From NCBI GenBank assembly GCA_035084275.1, contig CM068742.1, positions 55,366,001-55,430,000 on the forward strand: a stretch of 64,000 bases of DNA, given 5' to 3'. Position 1 is the stretch's first letter. Each line of letters opens with the position of its first letter. The notes under the pieces were generated by a model. It was not told where the DNA came from. It worked only from the letters and a program-made list of their open reading frames with translations, and searched no databases. Positions 39,876 to 50,185 of the stretch are shown piece by piece. This stretch comes from Hydrolagus colliei. Its lineage: Eukaryota. Both the position numbers and the translations under genes were made by a program.

Positions 39876-40023
39876 NNNNNNNNNNNNNNNNNNNNNNNNN
39901 NNNNNNNNNNNNNNNNNNNNNNNNNNNNNNNNNNNNNNNNNNNNNNNNNNNNNNNNNNNNNNNNNNNNNNNNNNNNNNNNNNNNNNNNNNNNNNNNNNNN
40001 NNNNNNNNNNNNNNNNNNNNNNN
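39876..40023. other. Assembly gap (148 N) in intron 1
   Basis: Run of n. Confidence 1.
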
Positions 40024-40154
40024 CCAAGCATAACAAGTGTAAGACACTAAGTTGAAGGGTAGGCAAGTACAGTTTTAAGTAATATTCCCTCCTCAGTTAG
40101 AGATGATATTAATTTCTTCTTGCTGCAAACATCACTTGTAGTGTTCCAGCTCAC

Positions 40155-40202
40155 CTCTGTTTCACTCCACTCAAAGCCTTGGCTGCACCTGTCCCACGCC
40201 AT
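40155..40202 (-). CDS. PPARGC1A: PGC-1alpha coding exon 1 (1a): MAWDRCSQGFEWSETE
   Basis: ATG GCG TGG GAC AGG TGC ... ACA GAG|gtgagc; 48 nt, phase 0; resembles mammalian MAWDMC...WSDIE. Confidence 0.95.
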
Positions 40203-40315
40203 TCAGCTTCTGACTTAAAGCAAAAGCCACAATAAATCCACGCTCACACACAGCAGTCACACGTGTAGAGTGCTGGCCCCTCGCAGAGACTCAACTGAAG
40301 GCACCTGTCTTACTA
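40203..40315 (-). other. PPARGC1A: 5'UTR of exon 1a
   Basis: Begins TAGTAAGACAGGTGCCTTCAGTT (40315-40293), matching the recalled 5' end of mammalian PPARGC1A mRNA. The exact TSS is inferred. Confidence 0.75.
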
Positions 40316-40410
40316 CTACACTAATGCTACTGTTCAGCGTCACATGACAAGTTATTAAAAGTAGGCAGGGCTGTCAATCAGAGGCAGTGTTCCATGATAA
40401 AGCCAATGAT
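40316..40410 (-). promoter_or_regulatory. Proximal core promoter: E-box/CLEAR-like GTCATGTGAC (40339-40348), TATA-like TTTTAATAA (40352-40360), PBX/PREP-MEIS decamer TGATTGACAG (40371-40380), CCAAT (40403-40407)
   Basis: Motifs read directly. The block GACAGCCCTGCCTACTTTTAATAACTTGTCATGTGAC resembles the recalled mammalian proximal promoter. Confidence 0.8.
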
Positions 40411-41355
40411 GTATCAGGAAGGTGGAGCCAGAGCTAAGTACAGTAAATCTTTAAACTACTCAACCTTTGAATCTTCAGTCCCATGCTGTGATTAAATCCT
40501 GCTTTATGTGCCACACCTTTACGAGGCTACCTCCAGATAAAAGCATATCCTAAAGTGCTTGGTTGTTTCATTTTATCTTGAATGAAAAGATATATCTCCA
40601 CAGAACATTAGACGTGAAAGGCGACGTGAAAGGCGACGTGAAAGGCACTCTATAAATGTAATTTTGTTGTTGCTGTAGAAAGATCTTGTTCTCTCGCCCT
40701 CAATTGTTTTTATTGCTTTCGTAGAAATGCAACATCCTTATAGCATTTGCAAAGATTTAAGTTTTAACACCCCATCTGTCGTCATTTCTGCGTCGCTCTC
40801 TCGCATTTCAGCTTCGGAATTATAAGTCGCATTGTGCTGAACACGGGAAGGGTGATAGCAAAGTGCAAACATTCATCAAACCGAATAAACAAAAATCGTT
40901 TCGAATTTTCTGCCTCTTGGCTTGAGGAGACAAAACGTTTAGTCACTTAGAAATCAGCTAAGTCTGGATACAGCGAGAACCAGCAAAAAAAACAGCCACA
41001 CAGCTTACTGTGTTGATAGTAAAAACAATAAGGTGAACTATGCTGTCGTTCCGTTAAAATTGCTGTGGAATTCAAACATACACAAGCCTTTGATTTTAAT
41101 CAGTGTATGAAAGCAGTGTCAGTGATCTTACTTGAAGTATGGTCATGTGCAAGCAGTGTAGCTCAGTGCCCTGCGTCACACGGTGCTCGTGCTTGCAATC
41201 TACAATATGGATTACTGATCTCAGCTGTGTCGTCATGGTGAGAACAGCTAGTGCCAGGCTACTCTCCAGAGGGAGAGTCTGGAGAGGCGGCTCACACCTG
41301 CTGGTGCCAGCACAGCTACATACATCACTGGAGGAGGCCTGGGGCAAGTTGCAAC

Positions 41356-41634
41356 AATAATAATAATCCTTGCATTAGACATCTCAAAGCACTTCACAGA
41401 ATATACTGTAAAGTGAATTGACTGTATATATGTAGGCAAAACGTGGCAGCCAATTGCGCACAGCAGTGCCCGCCACACAGTCGTGGATTGAAATGACAAT
41501 TTAAAAATATTTTTTTTTAGGGATTATTATCAGGCATGTGAAGTAAGCTTGCCCAAGGTTTTGGCCTGTCTGGAATTGAACCCAGGTCTCTCGCTTGTAA
41601 GGCGAGTATTCTAATCACTGAGCTACAGGACCCC
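41356..41634 (-). mobile_element. tRNA-derived SINE ~1 kb upstream of the TSS
   Basis: Reverse complement of the family consensus, from head (ggggtcctgtagctcagtg) to tail (tgcaaggattattatt). Confidence 0.85.
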
Positions 41635-42542
41635 CCAAATTCAGTGAGCTCTTTTCTTCACACAAGTAGACACAAGTGTTAGAGACATTTCAACTTTAAA
41701 GACAGGAATGATTTAATTTCATGATAGAAGCTATTTGGATTGCACCCTAAGAAGTCTGCTTGAGTGTGAATGTGTAAAACTAATAGAACTTGCCTCCCTT
41801 TTGTTAATTTGCAGATTGTATGATAAGAGTGTGTGCTGATTATACCGTACGTGTAAATGTGTACACTTAGGACAAAGGTCAGCATCTACAAAACAGAATA
41901 ATAATGAACCTTGAAGGAATGCTAGTCAGGCAACAGTTGTTAAATGAGTCAATTATTACTGAAGATATCCAAGAGTTCAGTGCTTAATATTACAATGCAT
42001 CAAGGGTATTGAATTCACCCCCAAATGTTTGTGCAATGGATCTTCTTTGAGACACAGCTACCTCTTGCCTCATCCACTTCCCTTTGCATACAAGATGCCA
42101 TTTTCTGCAGGGTGTTTTTTGTAGTTGTGCAGCGTGATTGTATGAGCAAGCCTGCGTCAACAACATGCACTTCTATGGTATCTTTTACATAGGACAAACA
42201 TGTCAAAGAGCGTCACACATACAATGGGCATCCAACAGGGAGTAAAGGTAGAGCAGTATGAGGGTATCGACCAAAACACAGGGAATCAATTACATGGTTA
42301 AAGAGATTTGTTTAATTAACTGAGGTTTGAAAGCAGGAGTCATTGCAAAGTGAGAGGTTTGGGGCTTCCAGAGAGCATGAGCATAATAGAAGAGTATGGG
42401 ATACAGGATATAATAAATGAATAAGACTCCACAGCCCGTGCAGAGGTACAAACTTCTCCAGGCCACAGGAGTCTTCTATACACATTTATCAGTGCACCAC
42501 ACCGTATTAAAGTCAGAGAAAGCTTGAAATACACTACACCAT

Positions 42543-43148
42543 GGAGTCCTGCAACTCAGTGGTTAGAGCACTGGCCTCACAAGCAAGAGACCTGGGCTCA
42601 TTTCCAGGCAGGGTGAAACCTTGGGCAAGTTTCCTTACTCATCATGCCTAATAATAATCTCCCCCGAAAAATAATAAATTGGTAATTTCAATCCATGACT
42701 GTTTGTGGGACATTTCTGTATGCAATTGGCTGCCACGTTTCACGCTCAAATTTACAGTCAATTCACTTTATAGTACATTCTGTGAAGCGATTTGAGACAT
42801 CTAGCAGACGTGAAAAGCGCCATATCAAAATGTAAGGATGATTATTGGAGCTACTGTGGCCTAGTGGTTAGAGCACTTGTCTTGCAAGCTGGGGAGTCCT
42901 GTGTTCAAATCCAGGCAGGTCAGGGCGAAACCTTGGGCAAGTTTCCTTACTCTACAGCCTAAGAATACTCCCTCCAAAAAACCACAATAATAAAATTAGT
43001 CATTTCAATCCACGACTGCTGTGTGCAATTGGCTGCCGTGATTTGCCCACAATTATACAGTCAATTCACTTTACAGTATATTCTGTGAAGAGCTTTGGGA
43101 CGTCAATAAGATGTGAAAAACGCTATATCAAATGCAAGGATTATTATT
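42543..43148 (+). mobile_element. Two head-to-tail tRNA-derived SINEs (42543-42846, 42847-43148)
   Basis: Two ggag...cagtggttagagcact heads, each followed by the body and aaggat(g/t)attatt tail. Confidence 0.85.
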
Positions 43149-44260
43149 TTTATATTATCATTACCATGTGCTTTAGTCTGTATCACAAACTAAAGGATTT
43201 GATGCATATACTTTTTTTAAATGTATGGGAAACATTTATATTATACAGTAGAGTATTTGGCAAACTTTCTCTGATTTACTGTACAAACACAAAACATTGT
43301 AATATAACTAACATTAAATCTTCTGCGCTGTGGGGTAGAAATCCCACCTGGATATAGCTTTCCTTTATTTTCTTAGCATTTCATGGCAGTGTTCATGATT
43401 TAGTTACTACTTAAATAATTTTAATTTTGAAGCCAGTTTTCCGTAAATGATTTTAAGAAATACAGCAAACCAACATCCAAGTGAAGACCGAATTCAACAA
43501 TTTACCAAATTATTGATGCATTGAAAAGCTCCTAAAATAGCTTTTTAGCTATTCAAGACCCTGGTGAATTTCTTCCCTCTCCCCATGCCTTCATGGTGAA
43601 AATGAGCAGGGTCTCCAACCTACGCTGAATGAATCATTTGCAAGAAGACAGATGCACTTGAATCTCTTACCATTTCAGGAAAACTTATAGTGGAAAATCA
43701 AAGGGGGCTGGTTCCCGTGACTTGATGACATGATTCAAAGTATAGTAAAGTTACAGTCAATCAGTCGTCATAACAAAGCTGCCTATAGACGTCAAGGGAC
43801 CTAATCGCAGGACTTTCCTTCTGCCAGTTCCTGCAGCTGTCTGTTCCTTGTCACACTTCCAGATTTTACACCACATGACTTGGATTGCAGGCATCTCCAG
43901 CTGTATATTCCGCTTGGCAGTACATTCACTGCCGATTTTGCAATTGTTTTACCGGCTGATAACAGTGTCTGCCAGATAAAACTCAATCCTGAACGGCGCC
44001 TATAGTGCTGGAAGCAGCTTTACAGCACCAGTGTGGTTCAAGTTGGGTAAGTGGGGTTAGTGAGGGTTTTGTTTGAGAAGTTACTGTCAGAATAGGATTT
44101 GTATTTCTTTTAAAAGTACTTATCTTTCATCTGGCTATATGTTGTGTTCAGAAGAGTTGGACTCTGATGTTGGATGGGGAAATCAATTTTTTTTTTGCCA
44201 TTTCTCATCCACCCTTAGGGTTATCTTCCATGTGTACACAGATAACACCCAAATATACTA

Positions 44261-44870
44261 CAGGTATCCCCCGATTTACGAAAGAGTTGTGTTCCCGAAA
44301 ACCATTACGTAAATCGAAATTACGTAAATCAGGATGGGTTTTCTCATATGGTCCCAATATATAATCCGAGATGTGTTCTTTTGACAAAATTTTCAGACCC
44401 AAAACCCACTAAAATAACACTTTGCAACAAAGAATTTAATGTTAATGAGACTTAATGAATTTAATTAATGAATAATTAATTTAATACCACATCGAGCAGG
44501 TCCCGCAGCTTTCGATCGCAGACGAGCGGGTCCCCTTTCTGCGAACAGATCGAGGGTCTAGAGCGACTCACAGGGGAGGCTTGGCTTACCCAGGGATCCG
44601 GAGTCTTCATTGCCACAGTTTTCCACTTCAATGGCTACAGGACCCAACGTGAGCCCCGAGGCCTCGGGGATCACCTGGGCCTCATCCAATCAGCAACCGG
44701 CAGCCGCTTGACGCCAGTTCAACAGCTTGTATTAGATATACTGGGTATTTACTGCAAAATATACTATATACTGCACAAAAAAAATCAAGTATAATTTTAA
44801 AATTTCGTTAAAACAAAACAAAATATCGTAAATCAAAAAAAAAGGCATAAAAAATTTACTTTCGTTAAAT
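44261..44870 (+). mobile_element. Tigger-like DNA transposon remnant (left end intact, right end lost)
   Basis: TA|CAGGTATCCCCCGATTTACGAA start; repeated ttacgtaaatc/ttcgttaa subterminal motifs; CpG-rich interior. Confidence 0.55.
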
Positions 44871-44879
44871 TTCCAATCC

Positions 44880-45400
44880 GGGTTCCAGTTTGATCCTTGG
44901 CTCTTCTTTCTCCTTCAATCTGGTCCCTAACCAAGGCTGTTTTTCTTCACCTCCTCCACATTGCCCCTATTTCACACTAAATGCCAACAAACTCTTACCT
45001 CCGCCTTCATTAACATCCGCCTGGACTTTTCTAACTTTAGTTCATTAGGCTAGTCTTGGTGGTCTCCCTAGCTTCACCATCCGTTGATCCAAATTTCACA
45101 GTAACCACAACATTACATATATTCTATGCTATGCTGTGAGACACCCTCCTGTTGTGAAAGTCACTATATCAAAGGTAAGGATTGTTATTATTATTATTAT
45201 GGTCCATAAGCTCTAATTCATCCAAAACACCACTGTCTGCAAGCTCATCCACATCAAACTCTGTGCACACATCACCCTAGTCCTCTGCAGGCTCCACTGT
45301 ATCCCTGTCCGCCCACCAGATCAATTTCAAGATTGTCACCCTCACCTATAAATCCCTTCACAGTCCAGCACCTCTCATTTTGCCTGCAGGGAGCATAGTC
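44880..45400 (+). mobile_element. L2 LINE ORF2 3' fragments
   Basis: gccttcatt..atccgcctggacttttctaac (AFI.SRLDFSN-like) and cacatcaccc...ctccactg...atcaatttcaagattgtcaccctcacctataaatcccttcac (HITP..LH...INFKIVTLTYKSLH). Confidence 0.7.
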
Positions 45401-46279
45401 ACTGCAATTCATTATAAAATCCTGTAAAGCAATTTGAAAAATTGTTTTGGTGACGTGATAAGCTATTATGCAAGGAATATGCAAGGAATATTATTATTTC
45501 TCTGATCTTCTCTTACAGCTCTTCTGCTTGGCTAATTCATGCTTCCTGGACATAATGTCCACCTCTGGAACTCTTTCCCTCTGACCCACCATTACTTGAT
45601 TCATTGTTGAGATTTGTGTGAGACTGATAGGGTCAGGAGTCAGCATACATTGTCGCATTTTGCCCACAAAATATATACTGTACAGTCAACTCACTTTATA
45701 GTATATTCTGTGAAATGCTTTGAGATGCCTAGAAGACGTAAAAAGCATTATATCAAATGCAAAGATTAGTATTATTATTTTTAGTTACCCTGAGGAAGGG
45801 GTGTTGAATGGAGCCTTCTTTTTAATCCACTGTAGTTGTGATGATAGCGCTCCAAATTCAGCGCCTTGGGACGACCTCCCGACGTGAAAAGCGCTCTATA
45901 AATGTAAATTGTTGTTGTTGTTGTTGTTGGGAGGGAGTTTCAAGATTTGTACCCAGCTGAATATTGAAATATAGTTCTGGGTTACTTTCTCTACCCCATT
46001 TAGCACCCTACAACAGTAAATGATCCTCTCTGAAATGACTTCTTGGAAAGTTAAGGAGCCTTAGATAACGGTATTAAATTGGAACCTGCCCTCATGTGGT
46101 GCAATTTGCCACTGAACACCACACTGAAACAGCATGAAAAGCACAGAATAAATCAGGTGTGAAATCTGAAGTTGCAAAAATTAAGGTGGCATTTTGCCTA
46201 CAAGATATGAAGTCAATTCACTTTACAGTATATTCTGTGAAGGCTCTTTGAGACATTGCGAAGATGTGATAAAATGCTA

Positions 46280-46538
46280 CAGTAAAAGCCCGTTTATCCG
46301 GCACCCAATCAACTATAATTTCTGTTTAACCAGCATCGCAAAAAAAAAGTCTGCATTCGATTAACCGGAATTTATCTGGAAAAATGCATTGAAATTATTA
46401 TTTATTTAGTTATTTAGTTATTGATTGATTCATTGATTCATTGATTGATTGTATTTTTGGCCGAATATCCAGCATGCGCTGTTACCGTCGTTGGCCAGGT
46501 CCCGAGGGTGCTCGATAAACGGGCTTTTACTTTTAATG
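46280..46538. mobile_element. Tc1/mariner (Tigger/pogo-like) MITE inserted at a TA in a SINE tail
   Basis: TA|CAGTAAAAGCCCGTTTATCCGGCACCC ... GGGTGCTCGATAAACGGGCTTTTAC(ttttaa)TG|TA. Removing it restores gctatatcaaatgc of the SINE tail. Confidence 0.85.
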
Positions 46539-46570
46539 TATATCAAATGCATAGATTATTATTTTTACGA

Positions 46571-46895
46571 GGAGTTCTGTAGCTCAGTAGTGAGAGCAAT
46601 TGTCTCGCAAGCCAAGAGACCTGGGTTCAATTTCTGGAAAGGCAAAATGTAAGGCCAGTTTCCTTACTCCACAAACCTCTGTTTACCTTGAAGTAAATAG
46701 GAATCCAATTGTTAGTCGAATGGCGGGTCACTTTTCCAGGGCTAATAGCACCCATCAAAAAAAAATTAAAAAATTGGTCAGTTCAGTCCACAATTGTTCG
46801 TAATTTGCTGTAAAGTTTTACCCACAAAATATTCTGTAAAGCCCTTTGTGGCATCGTGAAGACATAAAGCACTATATCAAACATAAGGATTATTA
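46571..46895 (+). mobile_element. tRNA-derived SINE, longer subfamily (also 52190-52540)
   Basis: ggagttctgtagctcagtag head; extra internal segment (aggaa.ccaattgtt.gtc.aatgg) shared with the 52.3 kb copy. Confidence 0.75.
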
Positions 46896-47337
46896 CACAT
46901 AAATATACAAGTAAATATATAAATATACAATTTTTTAAAATCAAATACAAGGATTGTTATTATTATAAAACAATTTAAACCAGGACCTGACCTCTCAGAC
47001 CAATTCAAAGAGGTGGTTTCAATAATGCATGAACTTGATACATTTTAGAACAAACTCAGGCACTGCAGATCAGATCGTCATCCACTCAAACATGGCTCCA
47101 TAAAAGTACTTAAGTGAATCAAAGATCAGCCCATGAATTTTTAAGGGGCATTTTTCATACTAAAAAGGAAGCGCCATTGCACAATGGGAATTACAGGTCT
47201 CTCAAATCTCTCCTTGTTTATTCCATCAGTATAAAGTAGCCACAAGGCGCCCGCGGGATATTACAGAACATAAAATACTAGCTTACAGTGAAATAGTTAA
47301 TTGTTTGGCATTAGTGATGAGTTTGTTCCACTTGTGT

Positions 47338-47992
47338 CAAATTTTGATGGCCTTCACCAATGTATTCCCATGGATTTTTAAAAAATACTCCTTAGAATAC
47401 AAAAACACGGTAGTTATGGTACAATCAAGGATATTCATAGACAATTATTTCTCAACTAATTGGTAGCCTGGTGAAGTCTGAATTAGACAGCTCATTTCAA
47501 CCAGGCATGGTGACTGATGGGATAGTAGAGTTTTTCTCTACTATAAACCATTTTAGAATGGCCAGTCCTTCACAAAGTGGATCAAATGGGTGTTGTTGTT
47601 GTGGTGGAGGGGGGGAGGGGAGCTGTCATCAATGTTAGTTTATTGGCTTAATTTGAGCTGTTTTAGACTTGGAATTTGAGTTTTATCCCAAATGATGAAT
47701 GATCAAGTTATCTGGTGTGTCTGCGGTTAGGAGCTGGTCCACTTTGTGAAGGACTGGCCATTTCTGAAAAGGTTTATAGCAGACAGAAAGTCTCCCATTC
47801 CTGTCCCATCAGTCACCATGCCTGATCGAAATGAGCTGTCTAATTCAGACTTTGTTCACCAGGATACCAATTAGTTGAGAAATAATTGTCTATGAATACC
47901 CTTTTGCACCATAACTACCGTATTTTTGTGTTCCAAGGGGTATTTTTTTAAAAATACATGGGAACACATTGGTGGAAGCTCTCACAATTTGG
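47338..47992. mobile_element. Foldback/MITE-like element: ~250-bp inverted arms around a 150-bp spacer
   Basis: Arms 47338-47584 and 47735-47992; 47432-47465 is the perfect reverse complement of 47865-47898 (34 nt). Confidence 0.85.
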
Positions 47993-48454
47993 CCAGGGCA
48001 GCAGGGTAACCTCCCTTCTCTTTTCAAATAATGCCAGGGGAATTAACATCCAAGATTGCCGTCTCCAATGGACAGGACGTACGGCAGTGTGATGCTCCCA
48101 CCAGTACTGTTCAAATACTGTACAGTACTGTGGGCAGAACAACATTAGGCTTGAATCCCCAACCTTCCGAGCCAGAGATGACAGAGCTACTTACTGACTG
48201 ACCTAAGCTGAATATGTATTACACATTCCTGTTTCAATTTGCTATGTGCTTGGCACAGTATTCTACTCATCTTAATGGGATTCTATGCAATCTTTGAAAA
48301 ACCTGCAGCAATGAAATAATGTTCTGTAACAAAATATTGAAGTGTGTGCCACAATATTGCTTTAGGGATTCCAGTTAGGTGTACAATTTAGTGAAACTAG
48401 CTCCTAACCGCAGACACTTTTGTAAGGTCCGTTTCCAACCATCCATTAATCTGA

Positions 48455-48870
48455 ATCAAAATGACACTGGTTCCCAGGCTTAGAGTAACAAGCTACAGGG
48501 AAATGGATACACTAGGGTTCTTCAGCCGTCAAAGGAGAAATCTAAGTGCAAACTTTGTTGAGGTTTTTATGATTCTAATGGATAGAGACAGTAAACCTAG
48601 AGCAATATTTTCAGATATGTCAGCATTACAAGAGGTCAGAGGTTCAGGCAATGTGAAGGATAACGTTAAGGTAGACACCAGGAAGTATTTATTTACATCA
48701 AGACTAATTAACAGCTTGATTGAGTTACCAGGAACATTCCCAAAGCCATGACACTGAGCTTAGTAGAGAAAATTTCATGCCATAATTGGAAGACTTTATA
48801 GTTTAAATTCTGGTAGGATGAGATCAAACCCCTCTTCTGATCCTGCAAACTAAACTGAATTGGATATTTC
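48455..48870 (+). mobile_element. CR1-type LINE 3' fragment
   Basis: ORF 48461..48751 (LVPRLRVTSYREMDTLGFFSRQRRNL..VEVFMIL...RKYLFTSRLINSLIELP) resembles the CR1 ORF2 C-terminus (SY.ERL..LGLFSL..RRL....IEV.KI...R..FF..R....WN.LP). Confidence 0.75.
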
Positions 48871-49789
48871 TGTTTACAATTTAAAGGAAAACAGTTGTTG
48901 TTAATTCTCATCTTTGTTACTTACAAAATATATAGACATTCACTGTTTAAATGTACTGTGGCTGACAGTGCCTCATGTTGGATGCTACTGTAACTGAAGT
49001 GAATTTCTGTATTAATTGCACACTATTTCCTCCTACTGCTGCACTCCTCAACTAAAGGAATATTGCAAAAAGCAACAGTGCATCCCAACCATCACTTCTG
49101 AATAAAGATGCAATGACAGACAATCTCTTTCGTACGTCTCTCATGTTAAAATGAATCATCTGTTACACACTACATGCAAACCTCTATGGAACTGAGTCAG
49201 CTTTTTGTTGAGCCCACGGTTACAATACAATTCATATTTCAGCACAAATCAGAAAGAAATATTTCTAAAATTCTATAATTGACAGTGTTCGGAGACTGCT
49301 ATTCTGGGAGTATTTGAAACAGGAATGTTTTGACAGACACTAAAAATATATTTCACACAAATCAAATAACAATGTATAAAAAATTGAAATGTTTTGCTTA
49401 TTTTTAACAAAAGGAATAAAAAAATCAAAACAGTCAACAAATCAGCATCTATAGGCACATATGATATTTAAGGCTTGCAGAATTCATAACTATGGGGTAA
49501 AATTTGAGAGGTTTCTTAACCTAAAAGATAATTAGCATGAGTCACAGATTTGTAATATGGTTTGGAATTATGAAAAGCAAGAGAGCTTTTGATTTTTTTT
49601 ATTGCTTTAATTCAAATAAGTTTTTTTTTCTTTTTTTGCCCAAACTTATGATCTGATTTATGTGAAATGTATTTCTAGGGTCTGTCAAAATGTTGCTGTT
49701 TCCTATTACTTAACTAGACCAGTGTTAGCGTAGCAATTAGGACTTACATTGCTCCCATTTTCTTTAAAAAAAGATTAATAATACTTAGA

Positions 49790-50185
49790 CTTGATATATT
49801 GGCTTTCGATTCAGGAAAGTATTTCAAAGCAGTTCACAGGATATACTGTATATGTTATGAGCAAACACAGTATCCAAATTGCTCACAGCAATGTCCTACA
49901 AATAGCCGTGAAGTGAATGATCAATTTTATTTGAGGAACTTTTCATCAAACAATTCTCTTCTATTTTCAAATAATGCAGGAGGATCCTCAATGTCCACCT
50001 GAACAAATAGCTGGAACGTCAGTTTAACATCTCACCCAAAGGACAGCATTTCCACCAATGCAGCACACAATTGTAAAGTCATCTTAGACTACAGTATATG
50101 AGTTCCCAATCCCGTAGTGGTGCTTGAACCCACAACCATCTGTCTTAGAGGCAAGAGTGCTTCCAACTGAGCCAGGCTGACACTG
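49790..50185 (-). mobile_element. Deu-domain SINE, reverse orientation (related copies ~50930-51190, ~61770-62110)
   Basis: ggatcctcaatgtccacctgaac...cagtttaacatctcacccaaaggacagc...cttgaacccacaacc...ccaactgagcc, a tRNA-like head plus Deu domain on minus. Confidence 0.65.

Larger units (their letters stand above)
1..40315 (-). other. PPARGC1A: PPARGC1A gene body (5' part; exons 1-9 and introns, continues past left edge)
   Basis: Nine minus-strand exons splice in frame via GT-AG introns into a PGC-1alpha protein with MAWD start, LXXLL motifs, TPPTTPP, DHDY and RS domain. The exon-size pattern (195, 123, 46, 74 nt for exons 3, 4, 6, 7) matches the recalled mammalian gene. Confidence 0.97.

Noticed and set aside
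39587-40066. ORFs with YMHT/CMHV/HTCI repeats
   Set aside because: Translations of the TACA/TGCA microsatellite and the N gap.
40611-40646. CRISPR-like direct repeats
   Set aside because: Spacer-less 12-bp tandem in a eukaryotic retroelement tail; no CRISPR or cas features anywhere in the window.
43531-43540. Possible MEF2 site CTAAAATAG upstream of the promoter
   Set aside because: One base short of YTA(W)4TAR; such AT-rich near-matches are expected by chance.
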